Shown: piece after piece, positions 9,317 through 17,890 of the stretch | How the letters are laid out: each line of letters begins with the position of its first letter | How positions within the stretch are numbered: the stretch's first letter is position 1 | Source of the DNA: Thermotogota bacterium | GTDB taxonomy: Bacteria > Thermotogota > Thermotogae > Petrotogales > Kosmotogaceae | NCBI GenBank assembly: GCA_034660555.1 | Contig: JAYEJL010000031.1 | Location: 1 to 20,463 of the forward strand | Direction: 5' to 3' | DNA: 20,463 nucleotides | Position numbers and translations under genes: made by a program | Notes under the pieces: generated by a model | Told to the model about the DNA's origin: nothing | Seen by the model: only the letters and a program-made list of their open reading frames with translations | Databases searched by the model: none

Positions 9317-9694
9317 ATGTGGTTCAACATAAATATGCGTTCTCCGGTACCCATATACAAACAAATCAAAAGAAACATTTATAAATCGCTTTTAAGAGGA
9401 AAAATCAAGGATGGAGAAATGCTCCCCTCTATTAGGGACTTGGCTTCATCCATCAGGGTAAATCCAAATACTGTCGCTAGAGCATACCGGGAAATGGAAT
9501 CGGAAGACATTGTTGTGGCACGACAGGGTTTGGGGTACATAATTATTACAGATAGAAACCAGATTAGAAAAATAATTCTTGAAGAACTAAAGAAAGATCT
9601 GTTTGATCACTTAATTAAATACCAAAAGCTTGGACTTACTCTTGACGAAGTTCTGGAGGTGACAAAAACACTATGGAAAGAGAACAAAGTTTAA
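9317..9694 (+). CDS. GntR-family regulator, YtrA subfamily
   Basis: PIYKQI, LPSIRDLA..IRVNPNTVARAYREME wHTH with a short C-terminal domain; 125 aa; embedded in an ABC operon. Confidence 0.9.
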   Translation: MWFNINMRSPVPIYKQIKRNIYKSLLRGKIKDGEMLPSIRDLASSIRVNPNTVARAYREMESEDIVVARQGLGYIIITDRNQIRKIILEELKKDLFDHLIKYQKLGLTLDEVLEVTKTLWKENKV

Positions 9695-10572
9695 TACTTG
9701 AGGTTAATAATCTTAAGAAGACTTACAGAAACGGTGTAGAAGCAGTAAAAGGAATAGATATTCACCTGGATTCTCAGGAGGTGTGTGCACTTCTTGGTCC
9801 AAATGGTGCTGGAAAAACAACAACCTTGAAGTCTATTCTTGATTTGGTGAACTACGAAGGCGAAATAAAAGTGTTTGGTAAACCTGTACGTGAAGTAAAA
9901 GACAGGATTTCCTTTGTACCAGAAGAAAAGCTTTTTTATGAAAATATGGATGTAAATCAATCTTTGAAGGTTCTTAATAAAATACTGACAAATTTCGACA
10001 ATACAAAAGCTGAAGAACTGATTAAGTATTTTGATTTGCCAAGAAATAAGAAAATAGCAGGTTTCTCAAGTGGAATGAAAACCAGCGCATATTTAAGTTT
10101 TGCTTTTGCTCAGAACGTTGATCTATACATTTTGGATGAACCTACATGGGGACTGGATCCAATAAAACGTGATGATGTTCTCGAAATGATAAGACAGCTG
10201 GTCATTGAAGGGAAGAGTGTCCTCTATACATCACATATAATTCCGGAAGTTCAAAAAATAGCAGATAGAATGTATATAATGCACAAAGGAAAGATCCATT
10301 ATTCCGGTTCAATTGATGAATTAAAAGAGAAGTATAAAGTATTCTACATGACAGGAGACGTATATGATGAATTAGGAGATGAATCATTCTATACAGTTGT
10401 TAAAGAACAAAACAAAATTTCTGTTATCTCAAATGACCAGAATCAGTGGAACAGATTATCAAAAATAAATGAAATAGAAGTAGATAATTGCGATCTTGAA
10501 AAGTTCTTCCAGATAATCATACGCGGTGGATTGAACTCAGGTGTATTTTCAAATTCCATGAAGGAGAGATGA
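9673..10572 (+). CDS. ABC exporter ATP-binding protein
   Basis: GPNGAGKTT, FSSGMK, ILDEPTWGLDP, TSH; GGAGGTG RBS. Confidence 0.9.
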   Translation: MEREQSLILEVNNLKKTYRNGVEAVKGIDIHLDSQEVCALLGPNGAGKTTTLKSILDLVNYEGEIKVFGKPVREVKDRISFVPEEKLFYENMDVNQSLKVLNKILTNFDNTKAEELIKYFDLPRNKKIAGFSSGMKTSAYLSFAFAQNVDLYILDEPTWGLDPIKRDDVLEMIRQLVIEGKSVLYTSHIIPEVQKIADRMYIMHKGKIHYSGSIDELKEKYKVFYMTGDVYDELGDESFYTVVKEQNKISVISNDQNQWNRLSKINEIEVDNCDLEKFFQIIIRGGLNSGVFSNSMKER

Positions 10573-11876
10573 ATATGAAAAAGTCTTTAGTTATATTCCT
10601 AATTTTAATCGCTTTTTCATTTGCTTTTGCTTCAAGTGAAGATTTACAGATAGTCAGTCAGTACATCAACGCTTTTTTTGGAAAGGATTTTTCTACAGCT
10701 TATGAATTACAGAATGATATGGTAAAGGCTCAACTTGATGAAAAGGCTATGGAACAAACACACCAATATATCGTTAACAACTACGGAAATCCTGTCAGCA
10801 TTATTGAAATCAAACAGGATACACAGGATGTGTATAAAATTTTCGTGTTTTACATGCACTTTGATAATGCATATCTCAATGTAAATGTTGTTCTGGATCA
10901 GAACAAAAAGGTTGCTCAATTTCTAATTCAGCCAGCTCCGGCACCATCGAGCAAACCGAATTATGCAAATCCTGATAATTTTGTTGAAAGCGAAGTTTCA
11001 TTTGGTGAAGAGCCCTGGAAAATTCCCGGTACATTAACCATACCAAAAAACACCGAAAGCTTCCCAATGGTAATAATTATCGGAGGATCGGGACCAACCG
11101 ATAGAAATGGTACTGTAGGTCCAAATCAGCCCTATCGGGATATTGCCTGGGGTCTGTCTACCAATGGAATAGCAACATTAAGATACGATAAACGCACAAA
11201 GGTATATGGGGAAAAGATCATAGAAGAAGAGATAGAACCTACAATGCAATTTGAATACATCGAAGATATTTTTCAGGCTATAAATTTTGTTTCAAAAATG
11301 GAAACAGTTTCTGAAATTTATCTTGCAGGTCATAGTTTGGGAGGTATAGTGACACCTTACTCCGGAAAGAAGTCAGAAAGCGTTGATGGAATAATACTTT
11401 TGGCTGCGCCCGCCAGAAAACTGGCACAAATCAGTCTGGATCAGAACAAATATTTTGCCCCCATCTCCGGTATAACCGAGGAGCAATTAGGACAAATTGA
11501 AAAAATGTTCAAAGAATTGCTCGATCATAAATTGCCTCCTGAAACAATCATAGATCCCAATGCTAATCTAAAGGCTTCATATTACTATGATACAGATAAA
11601 TACCAGACACTCGTCTCACTTGAAGACTTTAAAAAACCTGTATTGGTACTTCAGGGAGAAGAAGATTTTCAAACCCTTATGGATAAGGATTTCAATGTTT
11701 TAAAAGAGAAGTTCTCTGATAAGAAAAACTTCACATTTAGATCCTTTGAAAGGCTCAATCATTTATTTATCGAAACTGAGACAGACATCTTCCATACGAC
11801 AGAAGAATACACAAAGCAGGGTTTTGTCAACAAAAGGGTAATAGAAACGATCATTAATTGGATAAAAAGCAATTAA
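10569..11876 (+). CDS. Secreted alpha/beta-fold serine hydrolase with N-terminal DUF3887-like domain
   Basis: Signal peptide ending AFA; N-terminal domain ending VVLDQNKKVAQFLIQP; PGTLTIP, GSGPTDRNG, LRYDKR, GHSLGG (Ser), QGEEDFQ (Asp) and LNHLF (His). Confidence 0.85.
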   Translation: MNMKKSLVIFLILIAFSFAFASSEDLQIVSQYINAFFGKDFSTAYELQNDMVKAQLDEKAMEQTHQYIVNNYGNPVSIIEIKQDTQDVYKIFVFYMHFDNAYLNVNVVLDQNKKVAQFLIQPAPAPSSKPNYANPDNFVESEVSFGEEPWKIPGTLTIPKNTESFPMVIIIGGSGPTDRNGTVGPNQPYRDIAWGLSTNGIATLRYDKRTKVYGEKIIEEEIEPTMQFEYIEDIFQAINFVSKMETVSEIYLAGHSLGGIVTPYSGKKSESVDGIILLAAPARKLAQISLDQNKYFAPISGITEEQLGQIEKMFKELLDHKLPPETIIDPNANLKASYYYDTDKYQTLVSLEDFKKPVLVLQGEEDFQTLMDKDFNVLKEKFSDKKNFTFRSFERLNHLFIETETDIFHTTEEYTKQGFVNKRVIETIINWIKSN

Positions 11877-11900
11877 ATTTGTATATATGAGGTGTTTGCG

Positions 11901-12659
11901 TTGATCAATTTGAAAAACATAACAAAGGTTTACAGTGGCGGAATAACAGCTGTGAAAAACGTGTCCTTGAATGTAAAAAAGGGTGAAATCTTTGGATTTC
12001 TTGGACCCAATGGTGCAGGGAAAACAACAACAATCAAGATGATTGTTGGCCTGTTGAGTCCCAGTGAAGGTGAAATATTCGTCGGGAACCACAATGTTTT
12101 AAGAGAACCTGAAAAAGCCAAATCAACAATGGGATACGTTGCTGATGAACCGCTTATAATGGAGAAGCTGAAGGGGATAGAATATCTTAAATTCATAGCT
12201 GATATGTTTGAAGTACCCGCAGAGAAAAGAACAGAACGAATTGAAAGGCTCCTAAAAGACTTCAAATTAATTGATGCTATAAATGATCCTGTTTCATCTT
12301 ATTCACACGGAATGCGACAGAAGCTTTCATTAATAGCTGCTCTGGTTCATAATCCTGATTTATGGATCCTCGATGAACCCATAGTAGGGCTTGATCCGGA
12401 ATCTGCATATATACTCAAGCTTATGATGCGCAGGCATGCAGATGCTGGGAATACTGTCTTCTTTTCAACCCATGTCATGGAAATCGCAGAAAAAGCATGC
12501 GACAGACTGGGAATAATAAGTAAAGGAAAACTTGAATTCGTAGGCACATTTGATGAACTAAAGGAATTGAGAGGTAAAGGTTCTCTTGAAAAATTATTCT
12601 TAGAGGTGACGGGCAGTGAAACTAAAGAAATGGATTTCTCTTACCTGGACGCTGATTAA
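11901..12659 (+). CDS. ABC exporter ATP-binding protein
   Basis: GFLGPNGAGKTT, YSHGMRQK, ILDEPIVGLDP, FSTH. TTG 11901 preferred over GTG 11892 because GAGGTG lies at 11889-11894. Confidence 0.9.
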   Translation: MINLKNITKVYSGGITAVKNVSLNVKKGEIFGFLGPNGAGKTTTIKMIVGLLSPSEGEIFVGNHNVLREPEKAKSTMGYVADEPLIMEKLKGIEYLKFIADMFEVPAEKRTERIERLLKDFKLIDAINDPVSSYSHGMRQKLSLIAALVHNPDLWILDEPIVGLDPESAYILKLMMRRHADAGNTVFFSTHVMEIAEKACDRLGIISKGKLEFVGTFDELKELRGKGSLEKLFLEVTGSETKEMDFSYLDAD

Positions 12660-14295
12660 TTCTCATTACGGGTTATCAAAAAAACACTATTACTACATTG
12701 AAAAGAAGGAACGAGTCTGGGAACCACTGATTATAATTTTCGCTTTTGGAATGAGTGCTATCGGGTTGATTCCTCTGTATGGAATGCTTATTACCCGTTC
12801 TTTTCAACAATATTCGCAGCTCGGTGCTCCTGAACTTTTTCTACTGCAGTTCATGGTTGTAACTGGACTTCTTGGTTTCTTTTTTGGAATCTTTTTAATG
12901 ATCGGAGCAATGCTTTTTTCAAGAGACATGAGGATTCTCATCCCTCTTCCCTTAAAACCTGAAGAAGTCATGGCAGCAAAATTTAGCACTGTTATCCTTG
13001 ATCAGATGATAATCTCTCTGGTCACACTTTTGCCACCTCTTATATATTTTGGGATTCAGACATCTGCAGGATTATCATTCTGGATCTACGGAATAATCAT
13101 TTTCCTGTTATCACAGATTCTACCTGTTACTATAACAGCGTTGGTGGTATTCCCACTGGCAAGGGTTTTCAGATTTAGCAAGCACCGTGACTTCCTTATA
13201 TATTTTATAAGCTCACTTTTACTTGTGGCAATAGTAATCTTTGTGGCATTAGTTAATTCCCAGGGAATGTCCGGTGATATGACGCCAGCTCGCATAATGG
13301 AAATGTTTTCCGACCCGGAAGGCTTACTAGTAAGAATTGGTAAAGTATATCCACCTGCAATACTGGCTTCAAAAGCGCTAATTAGTAACGGATTACCTGG
13401 ATTTCTTTGGCTTCTTTCATACATTTTGTTGCATGTTGTTTTATTTGGAGCGCTGCTATTGATAGGAAAAAAATTGTACTATAACATGTACAATCAGCTC
13501 CAGGAACATTTCGCTGGAAAAAAGGAATATAAAACAGAGGAACTGGCACTTTACCTGCAAAAACAAAAAACTAGATTCTCTGCGCTTTATTCCAGAGAGT
13601 GGAAGTACTTCCTTAGAGTACCATCGTTTACATTCAATGGTTTTGGTAATGTAATAGTGTTTCCTGTTATGATCATCATACTACTCAGTACCTATAAAAC
13701 AGGGCAACTGGCGCAGTTTGAAAGTTATTTACAGGCATTAAGATCATATTTCATTCCTATCGCTACACTCATGGGTGTTTTAAGTGGTGGAATAAATGGA
13801 CTTGCCTCATCAATTTTCAGTAGAGAGGGTGTGTACTTACCAGAATTAAAGATTGTTCCGGTAAATGCTGAAACCATTTTAACAATAAAGCTTTTGCATG
13901 TTAGTATCATTAGTTTTATTGGACCTCTTATAGGGACTATAGCCATAGGAGTAATTCTAAATGCAGGTCTTTTTGAAATTATTCTTGCCTTCATAATTTC
14001 AGCGTTAACTATAACTTTCCTTAATATCATACAGTTCATTATAGATGCGATTAGACCTATGCTGGAATGGGACAATCCTCAAAAAGCAATGAAGCAAAAT
14101 CTGAATGTTCTATTTTCGATACTGATAACTTTTGGTTATGTTGCAGGAATGGCTGCAATTGGATATTTTACAAGGGATTATATTCAGCCATGGTTAATGA
14201 GTCTTTTACTTTTTTTGGTCAGTTTAGCAGGATCATTTTTTATGTGGAAGATTGCTGTTTACAAAACCCGCAAGCTTCTCTCTGAAGATATGTAA
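12616..14295 (+). CDS. Large putative ABC exporter permease
   Basis: 559 aa with many TM segments in two halves; LFSRDMRILIPLPLKP, REWKYFLR.P, FSREG and RPMLEWDNPQKAMKQN motifs; overlaps the ATPase gene. Confidence 0.8.
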   Translation: MKLKKWISLTWTLINSHYGLSKKHYYYIEKKERVWEPLIIIFAFGMSAIGLIPLYGMLITRSFQQYSQLGAPELFLLQFMVVTGLLGFFFGIFLMIGAMLFSRDMRILIPLPLKPEEVMAAKFSTVILDQMIISLVTLLPPLIYFGIQTSAGLSFWIYGIIIFLLSQILPVTITALVVFPLARVFRFSKHRDFLIYFISSLLLVAIVIFVALVNSQGMSGDMTPARIMEMFSDPEGLLVRIGKVYPPAILASKALISNGLPGFLWLLSYILLHVVLFGALLLIGKKLYYNMYNQLQEHFAGKKEYKTEELALYLQKQKTRFSALYSREWKYFLRVPSFTFNGFGNVIVFPVMIIILLSTYKTGQLAQFESYLQALRSYFIPIATLMGVLSGGINGLASSIFSREGVYLPELKIVPVNAETILTIKLLHVSIISFIGPLIGTIAIGVILNAGLFEIILAFIISALTITFLNIIQFIIDAIRPMLEWDNPQKAMKQNLNVLFSILITFGYVAGMAAIGYFTRDYIQPWLMSLLLFLVSLAGSFFMWKIAVYKTRKLLSEDM

Positions 14296-14303
14296 ATAAA
14301 AAA

Positions 14304-14325
14304 AGGCCTCTCACCTGAGAGGCCT
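14304..14325. terminator. Intrinsic terminator hairpin, probably bidirectional
   Basis: AGGCCTCTC-ACCT-GAGAGGCCT just after the permease stop, with an A-run on the left and AATTTATT on the right. Confidence 0.75.
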
Positions 14326-14346
14326 AATTTATTAAATATGATTACT

Positions 14347-14656
14347 CCCGACTTTGTCAGATGAAATTCTAAAAGGAGCCAATAGAGCAAAAAAAAGAAA
14401 AAGAAAATCAGAATATTGCCACTACCATTCTCTTAGAAGCTTAATTCATACGGTTTAGAGACGTTTTTTAGTGAAGCCATCTTCATTGCAGATAGTATTT
14501 TGTTGCTAAGTGGATCACCTGGTATCTTTAAGTAAAGTTGTTCACCTTTGTGATTGAGTTTTACAATCTTCATTGAGTTGAGTGAATCTTTTATCTTGTT
14601 TGGAGAAGCTTTTATTCCTTTGTTCTTCAATCTGAATTCCAATTCTCTCTAGAAGG
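14347..14656 (-). mobile_element. IS1634-like element 3' remnant (transposase C-terminus plus right IR), cut by an IS21 insertion
   Basis: Minus frame LLERELEFRLKNKGIKASPNKIKDSLNSM...ELSF* (stop at 14433) has no upstream part beyond 14656. Terminal CTGACAAAGTCGGG on the minus strand (14347-14360) resembles the IRs of the neighbouring IS1634. Confidence 0.7.
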
Positions 14657-14807
14657 TGTCGACCTCAATTGTAAAATGAGAAAAACATCAAAAAGAATTG
14701 TGAATAAACATCAGGGAAAATTGTGAGTTAATATTTGGATATCTTAGAAAAGAATGGAGGTATCCGGATGTTAACCAAAGAACAGGTTCTTGAAATAAGA
14801 ATATTAA
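14657..14807 (+). mobile_element. IS21-family left end with the first codons of istA, truncated
   Basis: Begins TGTCGACCTCAATTGTAAAATG; 23-nt periodic AAACATCA-N5-AATTGTGA repeats; GGAGG RBS; ATG 14768 gives MLTKEQVLEIRIL, an IstA-like N-terminus. Identical to 20337-20463 over 127 nt. Confidence 0.75.
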
Positions 14808-15904
14808 CTCAACTTTGACAGCAAAAGGTGGAAAAAAGGGAGAAAAAGCTCGGAAAGAGGCATAAATATGTGAGAAAAAAGAGAATTGTTTTCGAAATGT
14901 GGTAATCGGAGTACTAATGACAAAGGATGGTTTTCCTGTGGCCCACCAGGTATTTCCTGGAAACACAGCAGACATAGAAACCTTCAGGATAGCACTTGGG
15001 GATATAAAAAAGAGATTCAACATAGACAGGGTAATGGTAGTAGCCGATCGTGGAATGATAAGCAATAGACTAATAGAAGAAATAGACAAGGAAGGAATAT
15101 CGTACATATTCGGAATGAAGATGAGAAGGAATAAGAAAACGGAATATGTACTGAATCAGCCAGGTGAATACGAAAAAGTCCAAGAAAATCTGAAAGTGAA
15201 AGAAGTACAGTATGAAGGAGAAAGATATATAATCTGTTTCAATCCTCTCCAGAAAGAAAGAGACAGGATCAAAAGAGAAGAGATAGTAAAAAGCTTAAAA
15301 AAGAAACTCAAGCAGGGGCCAAAGAGTATAGTGAGTAACCGTGGATACAAAAGATATCTCAATATACAGAAAACAAATGTAACTATAGACGAGAAGAAAA
15401 TAGCTTCAGAAAGCAAGTACGATGGAAAATACGTACTCAGAACGAATACAAAACTTACGAACAGAGAGATAGCCCGATCATACAAGACACTCTGGAAAGT
15501 AGAGAGAGACTTCAGGGAACTGAAGAGTGGACTTGATCTACGTCCTATATACCATTACACAGATACGAGGGTAAAGGGGCACATAATGGTTTGTTTCCTG
15601 GCGCTTGTAATGGAAACAGCTTTGTATAGAAAGTTGAAAGAAATAGGGAGCGATTTCTCTTATGCAGACATCCTGGAAGACTTGACAGAGATAAGAGCTG
15701 TAGAGATAACCATAGAGGGCAAACGTTATCTTGCAAGGACTGAAATGATAGGTAATGCATATGACGCTTTCAAAGCACTTCGAATAAGACCGCCTGATTT
15801 AATTAAAGAGATCCCCCAATAGACAACTGCGGTGGTACGTCTGTTTTTCTTTTCGTTTTTTCCCTTATTTGGCTGTTTTCAGATTTCTTGTTGTCAAAGG
15901 TGAG
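14808..15904 (+). mobile_element. IS1634-family element with both IRs and an internal deletion
   Basis: Left end CTCAACTTTGACAGCAA versus reverse complement of right end CTCACCTTTGACAACAA (15/17 match). The transposase C-terminal half starts only about 90 nt inside the left end. Confidence 0.75.
14899..15822 (+). pseudogene. IS1634-family DDE transposase, N-terminally truncated
   Basis: VIGVLMTKDGFPVAHQVFPGNTAD, VVADRGM, YDGKYVLRTN, YKTLWKVERDFRELKS.LDLRPIYH and RVKGHIMVCFLAL. The N-terminal region with the first catalytic Asp is absent. Confidence 0.85.
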
Positions 15905-16058
15905 TCTGACGAAGTCGCAAATCCAAGCTCGCATATCCTGAGCTCTGCTCAGCATATCCGATTGCTTCCCAAATCGCACATCAATTGTTTTGCTTCTTAA
16001 CTTTCGAACAACTGACAAAGTTATTTTGTTTTCTTAAAAATAGTGTCTGTTTCTAATA

Positions 16059-16190
16059 ATGCATTTTGGCACAAAAGGGTTGACGCCGGAGGAGAAATTG
16101 GACAAATTTAGATTAACGGAACATAAACCTCATATCCAGAAAGATGAGGTTAAAAGTGAGAAACCGTTACTTATGTGTTAACAACTTACA
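16059..16190 (+). mobile_element. IS481-family 3' tail remnant
   Basis: Encodes HFGTKGLTPEEK...PHIQKDEVK, which aligns with QFSIDGLTPREK...PHIQKYEVK of the element at 19672-20336. Both end ...ACTTACA. Confidence 0.7.
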
Positions 16191-16212
16191 CCTAATATTT
16201 TATCCTTTGGTT

Positions 16213-17103
16213 TCAAATCCTAACAACTTCGTATTTCTCAAGATATCTTTTAAGTTTATTATAACCTATTAGCTGAATATCGGAATACTTATAAATTGAT
16301 ACTTTATCGTGTTTAAATTCTTTCTTAATCTCTCTGGCATAGTCCTGTTTCTTCACTTTGTTTATTATTATTCTGTTTAATTTTAGATCTACAGAATTTA
16401 ACTTTTTTTCCATACGCTTTGATTCTCTAAGTGAGAGCATATCACAATTTAAAATCATATTTATATTTGTATTTTCATTCTTGAAATTTTTGTTTATTTT
16501 TTTATATCTTTCAAGTAGAATATTTAATTTATTTTTGATTTTATCCCTTTCAATTTCTTTTTTTCCAAATTTTACTTTTGAAATTATCTCCTTTTTTTCG
16601 AGAATTTTATTTCTTAGATTTAATAACTCCTCGAGCCATAACATAGATACAGAAGGGAGCAAAAAAAATTTTATTGTTAAAGCCGTTGGGGGCATATCAA
16701 AAATATAGTAATCATAACCTTTATGATTATTTAAAACATCCACATAGCCCAGAATAAGAGCATGCTCCTCTATTCCCGGAGAATACCGAAGTACATTGAA
16801 ATATTTGCTTAAATTAAACGCGCTTTCGTAACTATAATTACTTTTAATATCTTCCTCTGTTTCATTTAAATATTTTTCTTTCCAGTACTTTTCATCAACT
16901 TCAATAACATCCAAGCAATCATCAATTTCAGTAACTTTTTGACTGAATTTTCTTTTAAAAATATCACTTTGATTATGTGCCGGATCCATGGAAACAAGAA
17001 GAGTTTTTTTACCTTTTAAAGCTTTTTCTGTACTAAACAGCGATGAAACAGTAGATTTTCCTACACCGCCTTTACCTATAAAGAAATGACGCTGTTTTTG
17101 CAT
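16213..17103 (-). CDS. Single-domain ArsA/GET3-family ATPase
   Basis: FIGKGGVGKST deviant Walker A, VSMDPAHNQSD switch I, SPGIEE, IFDMPPT switch II, IIINK; AGGAG RBS. Confidence 0.9.
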   Translation of the reverse strand: MQKQRHFFIGKGGVGKSTVSSLFSTEKALKGKKTLLVSMDPAHNQSDIFKRKFSQKVTEIDDCLDVIEVDEKYWKEKYLNETEEDIKSNYSYESAFNLSKYFNVLRYSPGIEEHALILGYVDVLNNHKGYDYYIFDMPPTALTIKFFLLPSVSMLWLEELLNLRNKILEKKEIISKVKFGKKEIERDKIKNKLNILLERYKKINKNFKNENTNINMILNCDMLSLRESKRMEKKLNSVDLKLNRIIINKVKKQDYAREIKKEFKHDKVSIYKYSDIQLIGYNKLKRYLEKYEVVRI

Positions 17104-17110
17104 ATTGCTC

Positions 17111-17386
17111 CTAATCTATATCCAGAATGGAAAACAATTCACCTAAAGGATCGTGTGCAATGGAAACTTTATCAAGCATTAAATTCAACTCATCTTCCAT
17201 AAGCGGAAGCATATCCAGGGTAATTTGAATCGGAGGAGAAGGGTACCCAATAAACATACCAAAAATAATAACTGCAAATATATTTTCCAACTCTTCTTCT
17301 TCCTTCTCGACCATTTCCAGGACATTTTCTCTTTCAATTTTATCAATATCTTTAAAAAACTTTTTTATTCTTTCAAACATATTCAT
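17111..17386 (-). CDS. Small acidic conserved hypothetical protein of cstA-arsA operons (cory-CC-star-like, without terminal Cys-Cys)
   Basis: EKEEEELENIFAVIIFGMFIGYPSPP..ITLDMLP pattern; overlaps the upstream gene by 4 nt and ends 7 nt before the ATPase start. Confidence 0.75.
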   Translation of the reverse strand: MNMFERIKKFFKDIDKIERENVLEMVEKEEEELENIFAVIIFGMFIGYPSPPIQITLDMLPLMEDELNLMLDKVSIAHDPLGELFSILDID

Positions 17387-17817
17387 TCTACTTTAAAAAT
17401 CCTTTTTTCCAGGTTAATCCTTCTGACAGAAGGATAATAATAATAAACAGAATAAAGTGATAACAATATTATTATAATCATTGGAATCCTATCCACACCA
17501 ACAATAAAACTAAGAATCATTATATATGGTGTCAATAAAGGCATTATTAAAAAATTTTTTTCAAATAAAAAGGCCTTTTCTTCGTACTTTTTGTCTTCTA
17601 CAAGTTTTTTCCATTTATTTATAAATGTTAATCTGTACCAGAAGGGAATAACAAATGCGAAAAGCAATGCAACAAACATCAAAATAAAAGAAAATATTCT
17701 GCTGCAGTTAAATAAACGAATACTTGCTACTATTTTATCAATACCAAACAAAATAGCTATTATCAAAAAAGCAGGTATTGTAAGCTTAAAATATAGATTT
17801 AAAAGCTTTTTCCTCAT
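17383..17817 (-). CDS. Hypothetical membrane protein with about 4 TM segments
   Basis: 144 aa with four hydrophobic stretches and a C-terminal YYYYPS.RRI..EKRIF; co-oriented in the operon; AAGGA RBS. Confidence 0.75.
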   Translation of the reverse strand: MRKKLLNLYFKLTIPAFLIIAILFGIDKIVASIRLFNCSRIFSFILMFVALLFAFVIPFWYRLTFINKWKKLVEDKKYEEKAFLFEKNFLIMPLLTPYIMILSFIVGVDRIPMIIIILLSLYSVYYYYPSVRRINLEKRIFKVE

Positions 17818-17842
17818 ATACTAATCCTTTTTTAAAAAATTA

Positions 17843-17873
17843 GGAGAAACACACCACCACAGGTGGTTTCTCC
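17843..17873 (-). terminator. Bulged hairpin after cstA (partial terminator or mRNA stabiliser)
   Basis: GGAGAAA/TTTCTCC and CCACC/GGTGG stems with a 4-nt bulge, followed by TAATTTTTT on the minus strand. Confidence 0.55.
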
Positions 17874-17890
17874 AGGTAGTAATTAAAACT

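Noticed and set aside
14667..14727. Short periodic repeats as a mini CRISPR array
   Set aside because: The 23-nt period has no spacer-sized gaps and there are no cas genes; it fits IS21 subterminal transposase-binding repeats.
15803..16018. 71-aa minus-strand ORF as a real gene
   Set aside because: It crosses the IS1634 right end and overlaps the transposase stop, with no convincing RBS or motif.
16213..17103. Arsenic-resistance operon
   Set aside because: No arsB/acr3, arsC, arsR or arsD in the window; the ATPase is single-domain and lacks the metalloid-binding residues.
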